DNA of 61,394 nt, filler included. It is 6 parts of 6 records of this genome, joined end to end, with 100 filler letters (N's around TTAATTAATTAA, not from the genome) between each part and the next. Parts side by side here need not be neighbours in the genome. Positions count along the whole stretch, not along the records: positions 43,419 to 53,427 come from SRR20825006_1218; positions 53,528 to 61,394 come from SRR20825006_1219; 4 more parts are not named here. One strand, given 5' to 3'. Of the stretch, positions 49,603 to 59,022 are shown piece after piece. A model generated the notes under the pieces. The model did not search any database. It had not been told where the DNA came from and saw nothing but the letters and a program-made list of their open reading frames with translations. The position numbers and the translations under genes were made by a program. The first letter of the stretch is position 1. Each line of letters opens with the position of its first letter.

Positions 49603-49648
49603 ATCATGGCACAGCCTACCTATCGGTACAATATGAAACCAATGGGTA
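49603..49648 (-). promoter_or_regulatory. internal sigma70-like promoter with paired operator candidates
   Basis: TTGTAC-N17-CATGAT, with palindromes TACC-TATC-GGTA (49617-49628) and AACC-AATG-GGTA (49637-49648) flanking the -35. Confidence 0.5.
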
Positions 49649-50575
49649 CTATCGGCTGGCGGCGTTGCTCCAGAGTGTCCGCAGCCAGTCGAGCGCATGC
49701 AATAGGGCGGTTTCCGTGCGTGCGCCCGAGACCGAGAGGAAGCCGTGGATGCTGCCGTCGAGCCGCACGAGATCGACCGCGACACCGTGATCGGTCAGTC
49801 TTTGCGCGAAGGCCTCGCCTTCGTCGCGCAGTGGATCGAACTCCGCCGTCACGAGGAGCGTGGGCGGCAACTGGCCCAGCGTCTCCGCCTGCAGCGGTAC
49901 GGCATCGGTCGGCACGCCCATTCCCTCGGGCAGGTACTGATCCCAGAACCAGACCATGTCGTCACGCGTGAGGTGATAGCCGTCAGAAAAGGCTTGGTAG
50001 GAGTGCGTCACCCGGGAGTAGTGATCGACCACCGGATAGAACAGGACTTGCCCCGCCAACGTCGGACCGCTCCGGTCGCGAGCCCGGATGGCCGTCACAG
50101 CCGCGAGATTGCCGCCTGCACTTGGCCCGGCGACGACGGTCCGGCCCGCGTCGATGCCCAGAGCGGCGTGATTTGCTGCCGTCCATTCCAGCACGGCGTA
50201 GCAGTCATCCGGTCCCGCCGGATACTTGTGCTCGGGCGCCAGCCGATAGTCGACGGCGATGACGGCGCAGCCGGCCTCGCGGGCAATCCGGCGGCACAAA
50301 GGATCATAATACCCCTCGAGCCCACCCATCACGAAGCCACCGCCATGAAAGAAGATGAGGGCCGGCAGCACGTCGTCGCTGTCGCGGTAGAGCCGGACCG
50401 GAACCTGCAGCTCGCCGTGCGATGCGAGGATGTCCGTGACGGTGCGCAGTTCGTGGCCCTGGGCCGCAGTGAAAGGCCGTCCGGCGCGAAGCTGCGACAA
50501 AGGCGTTGCGTGCATGGGCGGAAGCGATCGGGCTCGTTCGAGGAACGCTTCATATTGCGCGTCTATCAAACTCAT
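49649..50575 (-). CDS. HSL-family alpha/beta hydrolase (esterase/lactonase)
   Basis: HGGG, DYRLAPEH, GPSAGG, DPLRDEG and HGF. Confidence 0.9.
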   Translation of the reverse strand: MSLIDAQYEAFLERARSLPPMHATPLSQLRAGRPFTAAQGHELRTVTDILASHGELQVPVRLYRDSDDVLPALIFFHGGGFVMGGLEGYYDPLCRRIAREAGCAVIAVDYRLAPEHKYPAGPDDCYAVLEWTAANHAALGIDAGRTVVAGPSAGGNLAAVTAIRARDRSGPTLAGQVLFYPVVDHYSRVTHSYQAFSDGYHLTRDDMVWFWDQYLPEGMGVPTDAVPLQAETLGQLPPTLLVTAEFDPLRDEGEAFAQRLTDHGVAVDLVRLDGSIHGFLSVSGARTETALLHALDWLRTLWSNAASR

Positions 50576-50612
50576 GCCCTGGCTGCTCCGCGTCCCCGTT
50601 CCGCAACGATCT

Positions 50613-51032
50613 CTACCGTCGCGCCAATTGCTTCCATAAGCCGCTCGTCACCGCCACAAGCCGCTTACCCACCGACAGCTCGGCGTGGACGAACACGATG
50701 GATCGGGTGCGCCGGCCGATCACCGCCCGCCCCTCGAGAAAATCTCCGGGTGCAACGGCGGCGACGAACTGCAGATCGAGCTGGATTGTCGCATGGGGAG
50801 GGCCACCAAAGTCGGCCACGGCAAAACCCATGACGTGGTCGGCCAGGGTGAGCATCACGCCGCCGTGGACTGCGCCGGCCCGGTTGACGTGGCGCGCGTC
50901 CGTAAGGAGACCGAGCAGGATGTCGTCGCCCGACTGCTTCCGCCAGAATGGACCGATGGTCAGGGCGAGGCCGACTTCCGTCATCTCGCGCCAGCCCAGT
51001 TCGCGCAGTTTTTCCGCAGAGTGCTTTGTCAT
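50613..51032 (-). CDS. PaaI family hotdog thioesterase
   Basis: HVNRAGAVHGGVMLTLAD. Confidence 0.87.
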   Translation of the reverse strand: MTKHSAEKLRELGWREMTEVGLALTIGPFWRKQSGDDILLGLLTDARHVNRAGAVHGGVMLTLADHVMGFAVADFGGPPHATIQLDLQFVAAVAPGDFLEGRAVIGRRTRSIVFVHAELSVGKRLVAVTSGLWKQLARR

Positions 51033-51155
51033 AGTGCTTCCGCATCGCCTTTAAGCGGGCATGAATGTCAGCAGAAGACTCTGCCGCGGCCTCTACCTTT
51101 GAACGGAGAAGCGGCGCATCGAGAGGACGCGGGGCCGTGGCCCCGCGCCGCAAGA

Positions 51156-52337
51156 TCAGTCGAGACCGTAGGTTGCGGCATCGATCTTGGAGAAGATCTC
51201 CTGTTCGTAAAGGGCGACGAGTGCATCTGCGTCGTTGCTGTCGATGTCGGCGGTCAGCGCCTTCCACTTGTCGATCAGGCCGCGGGCGATTTCGACCTTT
51301 TCGTCGACGTTCTGCAGGCCATACTGGTTGCGGAACTCGTCGGCGATCACCGGCAGGTCGTTTGCCACGAAGGTCGAGTAGCTATCCATGATCTCTTGGT
51401 CGGCTTCGATGATCTCGATGCCTTGCTCCTCGGCAGCAGCCAGGGATTCGTCGAGGAGACGGTTCTGGGCGATGATGATGTCTGCCACCATGCGCGGCGT
51501 GCCGGCCATGTAGGCGAGACGCTGCTCTTCCGACATGGACTGCCAGAAATCCTTGTTCACGTTGTTGTTGGCCAGCGCAGCGAAAACGCCGCCGGGCACG
51601 CCAAGCATGACATGCGACACCACGTCTATCAGGCTGACGCCGACCAGTTCGTTGACCGCCAGCATCGTGCAGTCGATGAGGCCCTGAGCCATCGCGTCGT
51701 ACATCTCGTTGCCGGGGATCGACACGGTGGTTGCGCCGACGTGACCAGCCCACCGGGAAAAGTTAGTCGCACCACTCCGGAAGGACTGGCCCCTCATTTC
51801 GGCAAGCGTCGTGACCGGCGCGGCGCAGAGCAGCGCGTACGGATTGGTGGAGGCTGATCCGAAGAAGACCTGGTTCATCGAGTCATATTGGGCGAGGCAA
51901 TCCTCGCAGTTGAGCAACACATACTCCATCACGGCACCCGACATGGCAGCCGACGGATTGTTGGTGTTTTCGCCCTCGGTCGCCAGCATCGAGAGATTGG
52001 CGATCAGGTTCGTTTCCGAATATTCAACCGGCTTGTAGGCAGTCACGACGTTGCCGATGCCGACAATTCCGTCCCGCAGGCCATCGGGGATTTCCGCAAG
52101 CGACAGCAGCGAGAGCAGGTAAACGTCAGTGTTGATTCCGGCATTGTTGGTCAGATAGTCCGCGAACAGCGCGAGGCCGACGGATTCGCCGTTCTGTTCG
52201 GGCTGACCAGTGGCCATGCGGGTGCTGTCCACCTGGGCACTGGCCGCGACGGCGCCTGCCGCTGCGAAAATGCCTGCCATGGAGCCGACGCGTACCGCCG
52301 ACCGCATATGGGTTCCAAGATTTTTCCAAAGTGTCAT
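51156..52337 (-). CDS. dctP: TRAP transporter substrate-binding protein
   Basis: Signal peptide, DGLRDGI, EMRGQSFRSG, NEMYDAMAQGLID and NKDFWQSMSEEQR. RBS GAGGAGG. Confidence 0.8.
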   Translation of the reverse strand: MTLWKNLGTHMRSAVRVGSMAGIFAAAGAVAASAQVDSTRMATGQPEQNGESVGLALFADYLTNNAGINTDVYLLSLLSLAEIPDGLRDGIVGIGNVVTAYKPVEYSETNLIANLSMLATEGENTNNPSAAMSGAVMEYVLLNCEDCLAQYDSMNQVFFGSASTNPYALLCAAPVTTLAEMRGQSFRSGATNFSRWAGHVGATTVSIPGNEMYDAMAQGLIDCTMLAVNELVGVSLIDVVSHVMLGVPGGVFAALANNNVNKDFWQSMSEEQRLAYMAGTPRMVADIIIAQNRLLDESLAAAEEQGIEIIEADQEIMDSYSTFVANDLPVIADEFRNQYGLQNVDEKVEIARGLIDKWKALTADIDSNDADALVALYEQEIFSKIDAATYGLD

Positions 52338-52734
52338 GGTGTTCCTCCTCCAAAGATCACGAGCACCATCTGGCCGGGACATAAGGTTACTGGTGCGTAA
52401 TAAAATCTTCTAGCGAGTTTTTAGGAGCCTGACAACCGTCCACACGCAAGGCGCAGCGGTCCTGGAACAACTGCGGGTCCTGGCGGCTCGACGAAATGCC
52501 AACATCAGGCTGCGGCGCCTGCTGTCGCGCACGCCTCGCCATCGCCGCGTGCGCGATCCCGGAGCCTATTCGGGCGGAATTGCATTTCGTGACCGAGTCG
52601 CACTGCTGCAGCAAGGGCGGCGTCGTTTGGACGCCCTGCATCGGCCATTCCATCAAACAACTTCGCCCCGGCAGCGTCTGCCGAGGCGAATGAGCATGTC
52701 TGGATGATGGAGGATCCTGGCTCCGTCGGCGGGA

Positions 52735-53427
52735 TCAGCTTGCCTGCTTGGTCGACTCTGACGAGTCACGCGAGCCGAACGTGAAGCCTTCGTATCCCTT
52801 GCGCGCCACCTCGTCGCAGAGTTTGCGGTAGTGACCAATTCCACCGATATAGGGAAGGAACACACGGCGCTTGCCGGGAATGTTCGCGCCCATATACCAG
52901 GAGGAGGCCTTGGGGTAGACCGTCGTCTCGGCGACATCGGTGACGTGTTCCGCCCACTCCGCCTCAAACTTGGCGTCCGCATCCACCTTGGTCAATTGTC
53001 TGTCGCGCATGTAGACGAGCAGGTCCGCGACCCATTCGATGTGCTGCTCGATGGACACCACCATGTTACCCAGGGTCGATGGGCTGCCCGGACCGGTGAT
53101 CGTGAACATGTTGGGGAAGCCCGAGGACATTATGCCAAGGTAGGCGTAAGGACCGGTTGCCCACTTTTCCTTGATTGTCTTTGGCGTTGTCCCGCGGATA
53201 TCGATGTTCATCAATGGCCCGGTAATCGCGTCGTACCCGGTCGCGAACACGATGATGTCGACCTCGTGCTCAGTCTGCTCTGTCCGTATGCCCACAGGAG
53301 TGATTTCAACGATCGGGTCGCTCTTGACGTCGATCAGTGCAACGTTGTCGCGGTTGAACGTTTCGAAGTACTCGGTGTCCAGGCAGATCCGCTTGGCGAA
53401 AATGGGATACCCTTGGGGCGTGAGTTG
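52735..53427 (-). CDS. Baeyer-Villiger monooxygenase (PAMO/CHMO-like), C-terminal part
   Basis: Frame is open from the gap: YPIFAKRICLDTEYFETFNRDNV, FATGYDA, GFPNMF, GPGSP and SWYMGANIPGK. Confidence 0.9.
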   Translation of the reverse strand, partial: QLTPQGYPIFAKRICLDTEYFETFNRDNVALIDVKSDPIVEITPVGIRTEQTEHEVDIIVFATGYDAITGPLMNIDIRGTTPKTIKEKWATGPYAYLGIMSSGFPNMFTITGPGSPSTLGNMVVSIEQHIEWVADLLVYMRDRQLTKVDADAKFEAEWAEHVTDVAETTVYPKASSWYMGANIPGKRRVFLPYIGGIGHYRKLCDEVARKGYEGFTFGSRDSSESTKQAS

Positions 53428-53527
53428 NNNNNNNNNNNNNNNNNNNNNNNNNNNNNNNNNNNNNNNNNNNNTTAATTAATTAANNNNNNNNNNNNNNNNN
53501 NNNNNNNNNNNNNNNNNNNNNNNNNNN
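53428..53527. other. artificial contig spacer
   Basis: N44-TTAATTAATTAA-N44. Confidence 0.97.
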
Positions 53528-53528
53528 C

Positions 53529-54173
53529 GTCGACGAGATGGCCGACCTGATGATGGTTGCGGGCAAAGAGATCGAAGCCTGTATTCAACGCCTTGCCCAG
53601 ATGGCGCGGGCCTCTGGCATCCACTTGATCATGGCAACGCAGCGCCCGTCAGTCGACGTCATCACCGGCACGATCAAAGCCAACTTTCCGACCCGAATTT
53701 CGTTCCAGGTGACATCGAAAATCGACAGTCGCACGATTTTGGGCGAACAGGGGGCCGAGCAACTCCTTGGCATGGGCGACATGCTTTATATGGCGGGCGG
53801 CGGTAAAATCCAACGCTGCCACGCGCCGTTTGTCTCCGACGAAGAGGTCGAAAAAATCGTCTCTTATCTCAAAGCCTACGGTCCGCCTGATTATGTCGGT
53901 GGCGTGGTTGAGGGGCCGGATGCGGATAAGGAAAGCGACATTGACGCGGTGTTGGGCCTGTCCGGCGGTAATACCGACTCGGAAGATGCGCTGTATGACA
54001 CGGCCGTGGCCATCGTCATCAAGGACCGCAAATGTTCGACCTCCTACATCCAGCGCAAACTGGCCATTGGCTATAACAAAGCGGCGCGTTTGGTGGAGCA
54101 AATGGAAGACGAAGGCGTGGTTTCCTCGGCCAACCATGTCGGGAAACGCGAAATTCTTGTTCCTGAACAATGA
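53529..54173 (+). CDS. ftsK: DNA translocase FtsK, C-terminal part
   Basis: [21 protein letters not shown] and gamma domain [17 protein letters not shown]. Confidence 0.95.
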   Translation, partial: VDEMADLMMVAGKEIEACIQRLAQMARASGIHLIMATQRPSVDVITGTIKANFPTRISFQVTSKIDSRTILGEQGAEQLLGMGDMLYMAGGGKIQRCHAPFVSDEEVEKIVSYLKAYGPPDYVGGVVEGPDADKESDIDAVLGLSGGNTDSEDALYDTAVAIVIKDRKCSTSYIQRKLAIGYNKAARLVEQMEDEGVVSSANHVGKREILVPEQ

Positions 54174-54254
54174 CATATCACATCACGTCAAAATCCGCGT
54201 GATGTGATCTAAAGAGAGGTGAAAGGGCGTGCGCAAAGGCGTATATGTGAGGGC

Positions 54255-54869
54255 ATGAAACGCTTTATCATCGCTCTTGCGCCCGCCGCCCTGATTGCTT
54301 TTTCCGTTGCTGCCCCGGCAATGGCGGAGAAACTGTCGCTTGGAACCCTGTCGAATTACCTCAATGGCCTGTCCACGGTTCAGGCGGATTTTACCCAGAC
54401 CAACGATGACGGATCACGCTCTTCCGGCAGTTTGACGCTCAAACGTCCGGGGCGGATGCGCCTGTCCTATGGCGGGGAAAATGATCCGCTTGTTTTGGGG
54501 GCGGGCGGCCAGGTTGCCATTTTTGATCCGGGTTCAAACGAACCGCCACAGCGCTTTCCCATGGCGCAGACGCCACTTTCGTTGATCCTGGCGCGCAATG
54601 TTGACCTGTCAAAGGCGCGGATGGTGGTGTCGCACACCGAGGTCAATGGTGACACCGTGGTGCGCGCCCAGGACCCGGATCACCCGGAATATGGCTCGAT
54701 TGATTTGATTTTCAGTGCCACGCCCATCCTAAAAGCCTGGGTCATTCATGATCAGAATGGTGGCGAGACAACCGTTCAACTCACCAAGATGACGCTTGGT
54801 GGATCGGTGTCAGACAGCGCGTTCAACATCCGGTCCGAAGCCAAACGGCGCGGTACGCCGATCGACTGA
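54255..54869 (+). CDS. lolA: outer membrane lipoprotein chaperone LolA
   Basis: Signal peptide, ADFTQ, KRPGRMR and QTPL. Follows ftsK. Confidence 0.85.
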   Translation: MKRFIIALAPAALIAFSVAAPAMAEKLSLGTLSNYLNGLSTVQADFTQTNDDGSRSSGSLTLKRPGRMRLSYGGENDPLVLGAGGQVAIFDPGSNEPPQRFPMAQTPLSLILARNVDLSKARMVVSHTEVNGDTVVRAQDPDHPEYGSIDLIFSATPILKAWVIHDQNGGETTVQLTKMTLGGSVSDSAFNIRSEAKRRGTPID

Positions 54870-54873
54870 AAGT

Positions 54874-55458
54874 TTAGAGCTTACGACAGGACATCAACTG
54901 TTGGCGATAGGTGGTGGATCGTGCGCCGACTTCGGTGGACACACGCATCAACCATGGTTTCGCGCGGTAACTGCCACGGGCATAGCCGGTTCGGCCCTCG
55001 TGATACGCGAGGTATTGCGATGTGGCATCCTGCTTTGAAATGCCCAAAACCGACGTGGATTTATCCATGTACCAGCCCATGAAATCGGTCGCGTCCTGGA
55101 TGCGATCCCGTTTGGCCCCCCAGCGATTTTGTTCACGGCGATACTCATCCCAAGTGGCATCCAGTGCCTGTGCATATCCGTAGGCTGAACTTTGACGCCC
55201 CATCGGGATCACGCCAAGCACGAACCGATAGGGGGTGCGGGCGTTGCCGATAAATTTGCTTTCTTGGTAGAACGTCGCCATTTGCACGTTCACCGGAATG
55301 CCCCATTTGCGTTCGGTGGCCTTCATCGCCCGAAGATAGGTGGGGCGTTGGGATACGATGGCGCAGGCGTTTTCGAGTTCCCGAGGGGCGGAGAAATTGC
55401 CGCTGCCGCAAGCCGAGACCAACAAAAGTAATGCCACTGCGCGAAGACGTCTGCTCAT
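54874..55458 (-). CDS. lytic transglycosylase (SLT-like) lipoprotein
   Basis: Lipobox VSAC, YQESKF, SSAYGYAQA and YLAYHEG. Confidence 0.8.
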   Translation of the reverse strand: MSRRLRAVALLLLVSACGSGNFSAPRELENACAIVSQRPTYLRAMKATERKWGIPVNVQMATFYQESKFIGNARTPYRFVLGVIPMGRQSSAYGYAQALDATWDEYRREQNRWGAKRDRIQDATDFMGWYMDKSTSVLGISKQDATSQYLAYHEGRTGYARGSYRAKPWLMRVSTEVGARSTTYRQQLMSCRKL

Positions 55459-55564
55459 GTCTGCCTCTCGCTTTTTTGTTTTGTAAGAGAATAGCGGATT
55501 TGGGCGCGGTGTGAAATGTCTTTCCCGTGATGTTTGCGACGAAAGGCGGGCATGGAGTCGCGAG

Positions 55565-56446
55565 TTAAATGACGATGGCCAACAGGATTGGCAAATACAG
55601 GACCGAGAGAAGCGTTGAGGCGACAACAAGCGCGGCCACCGCGTCAGAATCGGCACCGTATTTTTCCGCCAACATATAGGAGGTCACAGCGACGGGCGTG
55701 GCGATTTGGACCACGAGCACGGCAAATGCAATGGGGTCGAGGTGGAAATAGCGACCCGCCAGCGCCGCGATTCCGGCGCAGAGGATGACCTTGGCCACGG
55801 CGATGATGCCCGCTCGACCAAGCCCGTGTGGGTGCAACCGCGCCACGGCAACCCCAAGCGTGATCAACATGATCGGAATGGCGACTTGGCCCAAGAGTTC
55901 GAGTGTGTTCATCGCGAATTTGGGCAGGGTCCAGCCTTGCCACAAAAACAGCGCGCCAAGGGCGGTGGCCCAGACCAAAGGTTCCTTGAACGCTTTCGCA
56001 GGAGAGCCGCCACCCGCCGTCACATAGACGCCAAAGGTAAAGGACCACAACGCCATCACAGCGAACACCACCACAGCATAACTCAACCCCGTTTCACCAA
56101 AGGCGAAGAGGGCAAGCGGCAGGCCAAGGTTGCCGGTGTTGCCGAAAATCAGCGGGGCCAAGAATGTACGACTGTCGAGTTTGAACAGTTTTACCGCCAG
56201 ATAGGCGGCCAACGTCACCCCCGCATAAGCGGCGACCGCAGCGAAAGACAGAGCGGTCAAAGCGGCGGGTTCAATATCGGCTTTGACCAAAGCGGTAAAG
56301 ATCAGTGCCGGGACCGAGAGTGTCATTGTCAGCTTGGTCACGAATTCCAAACGGTATTCATGACCGGTCTTCACCCAGGTGAACCCGACCAGTGCCAAAA
56401 GGAAAACCGGCGACACGATTTCAAGCACTGTTAGAACGAGGTTCAC
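55565..56446 (-). CDS. AEC (auxin efflux carrier) family transporter
   Basis: FGNTGNLGLPL and TPVAVTSY, with about 10 TM segments. Confidence 0.88.
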   Translation of the reverse strand: MNLVLTVLEIVSPVFLLALVGFTWVKTGHEYRLEFVTKLTMTLSVPALIFTALVKADIEPAALTALSFAAVAAYAGVTLAAYLAVKLFKLDSRTFLAPLIFGNTGNLGLPLALFAFGETGLSYAVVVFAVMALWSFTFGVYVTAGGGSPAKAFKEPLVWATALGALFLWQGWTLPKFAMNTLELLGQVAIPIMLITLGVAVARLHPHGLGRAGIIAVAKVILCAGIAALAGRYFHLDPIAFAVLVVQIATPVAVTSYMLAEKYGADSDAVAALVVASTLLSVLYLPILLAIVI

Positions 56447-56531
56447 AGACTGTTTCCCATTTCTTTGCCCGTCCCCCGTGGACAGTCGCCATTTTTACGG
56501 TCTACTAACCGTTTATGGGGGTTGCAACGTC

Positions 56532-56858
56532 ATGATGACATCACGTGCCAAATATCATCTTGGGCAAGTTGTCTGCCACAAGCAACATCGCTTTCGGGGC
56601 GTGATCTTTGACGTGGATGCGATGTTCTCGAACACCCAAGAATGGTATGATGCCATTCCCGAAGACAGCAGGCCCCATAAAGACCAACCCTTTTATCATC
56701 TGCTCGCTGAAAATGACCAAAGCTATTATGTAGCCTATGTGTCTGAGCAGAATCTTGTTGCAGATTATTCCGGTGTTCCGGTTGAGCATCCCGATCTGTC
56801 AGATCTGTTCGGTCCGTTTGAGGACGGGTCCTACCCGCTGCATTTTCAGCTTAACTGA
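56532..56858 (+). CDS. hspQ: heat shock protein HspQ
   Basis: AKYHLGQVV.H, FRGVIFDVD, QPFYHLLAEN and AYVSEQNL. Confidence 0.9.
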   Translation: MMTSRAKYHLGQVVCHKQHRFRGVIFDVDAMFSNTQEWYDAIPEDSRPHKDQPFYHLLAENDQSYYVAYVSEQNLVADYSGVPVEHPDLSDLFGPFEDGSYPLHFQLN

Positions 56859-56882
56859 AGCATGTGGGTCAGGTGACAAGGC

Positions 56883-57374
56883 TTAGTTGAGGCGACCGAT
56901 GGACATGCGAAAAGAGAGGCGATTTTGGCCTTCTTCATGTGTGTACTCCAAATCATGCGCCAATTCCCGGATCAGAAACCAACCAAACCCACCCTCAGGA
57001 AGATCGGCAACGTCGCAATTGAGGTCGCATTGCATCCCCAGTGGCGGTTCGCCATTTGGCATCATTGCCCCGGTGTCGATGACGGTACACCATAGCCCGG
57101 CTGTGGTTTGCGACAGTTGAATTTCAATGATGCCCGCCTCATTCCCACGATAGGCATGTTCGACGATATTATTGAGGATTTCTGCCAAAACGAGTTCAAG
57201 ACTGGCAAGTTCGTCGGAGGAAAATCCGATCGGTCCAAGGCCATTTTTGATGCTTTTCAATCCGCGCCGAACGGCGTTTTCTCGTGCGGGAAGAATGATC
57301 CTCAACTCATTTTCTTTCGATTGCGGGGCGACACGCCGGACCACTTTGCTTTGTAGATTGCCCTCAGGACGCAT
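56883..57374 (-). CDS. anti-sigma factor / Ser kinase (RsbW-like)
   Basis: LAEILNNIVEHAY, DTG and EGGFGWFLI. Start position uncertain. Confidence 0.85.
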   Translation of the reverse strand: MRPEGNLQSKVVRRVAPQSKENELRIILPARENAVRRGLKSIKNGLGPIGFSSDELASLELVLAEILNNIVEHAYRGNEAGIIEIQLSQTTAGLWCTVIDTGAMMPNGEPPLGMQCDLNCDVADLPEGGFGWFLIRELAHDLEYTHEEGQNRLSFRMSIGRLN

Positions 57375-57708
57375 TCGCGACGCCCTCCACCGCCGTGGAG
57401 ACGCTGTCGTGAATGGTGAATACGGTGTCCATGCGAGTCAGGTGGAATACCCGTTGCACGGTTGGATGAAGAGCCGCGAGTTCCAGACGTTGCCCGTGGC
57501 GCACGGCTTTCAATGCAGCAACCACAGCACCAAGACCGGAACTGTCGAGGAATTCAACATTGCCGAGGTCCAAAATGATGCGAGAGGGACCAGCCTCACT
57601 CAATCCACGCATCTCATCCTTAAACTGGATCGCGCAGGCGGCATCAATCCGGTTTTCATCAACGCATACGACACGCACATCCTCAAAATCCTGATGGTTC
57701 AGTTTCAT
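57364..57708 (-). CDS. STAS anti-anti-sigma factor (RsbV-like)
   Basis: LDLGNVEFLDSSGLG phospho-Ser motif. Confidence 0.9.
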   Translation of the reverse strand: MKLNHQDFEDVRVVCVDENRIDAACAIQFKDEMRGLSEAGPSRIILDLGNVEFLDSSGLGAVVAALKAVRHGQRLELAALHPTVQRVFHLTRMDTVFTIHDSVSTAVEGVANAS

Positions 57709-57798
57709 CTGCGATACCTTTGCTCTTCCGATGAGATGAAACTACGATCCAAATATTACCAATGAGTTTGCACAGACGCGAAAAATGGAGAAAATCAC

Positions 57799-58251
57799 AT
57801 GGATTATGCCGCTTTGTCGGATCGGATCAAAAGTCTCTGCGAAGGCGAAGAGGATATGGTCGCTTTGATGGCAACGTTTGCGTGCGAAGTGCACCTATCA
57901 GATGATCGATTCGATTGGACTGGATTTTACCGCGTTGTTTCCAAAGACCTTTTAAAGATCGGGCCTTATCAAGGCGGACATGGATGTCTTGTGATTCCGT
58001 TTTCTCGAGGCGTCTGTGGCGCCTGTGCGCGCACTGGCGAGGCCCAGTTGGTTGAAGACGTCGAGGCCTTTGAGGGCCATATCGCCTGTTCGTCCACAAC
58101 GCGTTCTGAAATTGTCCTGCCTGTGCGAAATGCAAAAGGCACGCTTCTTGGCGTCTTTGATATCGACAGCAATCTGCCTGCCGCGTTCACGCAAGAGGAT
58201 GTGATGGCACTGAGCGAAATCCTCGACGACACCTTTGCCTCTTGCGCATAG
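57799..58251 (+). CDS. GAF-domain protein, free methionine-R-sulfoxide reductase-like
   Basis: WTGFY, GPYQG..GC, GVCG, GHIAC, SEIVLP and DIDS. Confidence 0.8.
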   Translation: MDYAALSDRIKSLCEGEEDMVALMATFACEVHLSDDRFDWTGFYRVVSKDLLKIGPYQGGHGCLVIPFSRGVCGACARTGEAQLVEDVEAFEGHIACSSTTRSEIVLPVRNAKGTLLGVFDIDSNLPAAFTQEDVMALSEILDDTFASCA

Positions 58252-58269
58252 CCATGCTATCGCCGCGCC

Positions 58270-58917
58270 ATGGATACCATCTACGCCCCGCCGCAAGATC
58301 CGCTTAAAATCATCCACATGGATCATGAAATCCTTGTGGTCGATAAGCCTGCGGGGCTCTTGTCGGTGCCAGGCAAGGGAGAACACCTTGCCGATTGCCT
58401 GATCGCGCGGATCAAGGCGGTGTTTCCGGAGGTTTTGCTGATCCATCGTTTGGACCGCGACACCTCTGGCGTGATGATCTTTGCGCTCACGCCTCATGCG
58501 CAACGTCACATTGGTTTGCAATTTGAGAAACGTCAGACCAAAAAGACCTATGTCGCCTGGGTTCAGGGCCATATTGCGGAGAAAACCGGCACGGTTGATC
58601 TGCCGCTGATCGTCGATTGGCCCAATCGTCCGCGTCAGATGGTGGATCATGAAAACGGTAAGCAGGCCATCACCGATTGGCGTGTGGTCCGCTATACTGA
58701 AGATCAAACACGCGTTCGCCTTATGCCCAAAACCGGACGTTCGCATCAGTTGCGTGTGCATATGTTGGCGTTGGGGCACCCAATCATGGGTGATCCGTTT
58801 TACGCCACCGGAGTCGCACGCGTGGCTCCGCGTTTGATGCTGCATGCCGAGCAATTACGCTTGCGTCACCCTGACGGCGGGGCGGGGCTGTCCTTTACCG
58901 CTAAATGCCCGTTTTGA
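58270..58917 (+). CDS. RluA family pseudouridine synthase
   Basis: KPAGLLSVPG, HRLDRDTSG, TGRSHQLRVH and HPIMGD. Confidence 0.9.
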   Translation: MDTIYAPPQDPLKIIHMDHEILVVDKPAGLLSVPGKGEHLADCLIARIKAVFPEVLLIHRLDRDTSGVMIFALTPHAQRHIGLQFEKRQTKKTYVAWVQGHIAEKTGTVDLPLIVDWPNRPRQMVDHENGKQAITDWRVVRYTEDQTRVRLMPKTGRSHQLRVHMLALGHPIMGDPFYATGVARVAPRLMLHAEQLRLRHPDGGAGLSFTAKCPF

Positions 58918-59022
58918 CAAAGCCCGAGTAATTTTGTCGCGGGGCGGATCAGAAGGGTGTAAAACCCATTTTTAGAACCTATCTAAACTTACGAACCACG
59001 CATTTACTCAAAGGAGAAAACC

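Noticed and set aside
43363-51857. Long alternative-frame ORFs (43363..44370, 45867..46985, 47370..48305, 49745..50833, 50685..51857)
   Set aside because: They overlap well-supported genes, and are Arg/Pro/Gly-rich off-frame or antisense translations.
52338-52734. 400-bp gap between BVMO and dctP, considered as a riboswitch or small ORF
   Set aside because: No recognisable aptamer consensus or credible coding signal.
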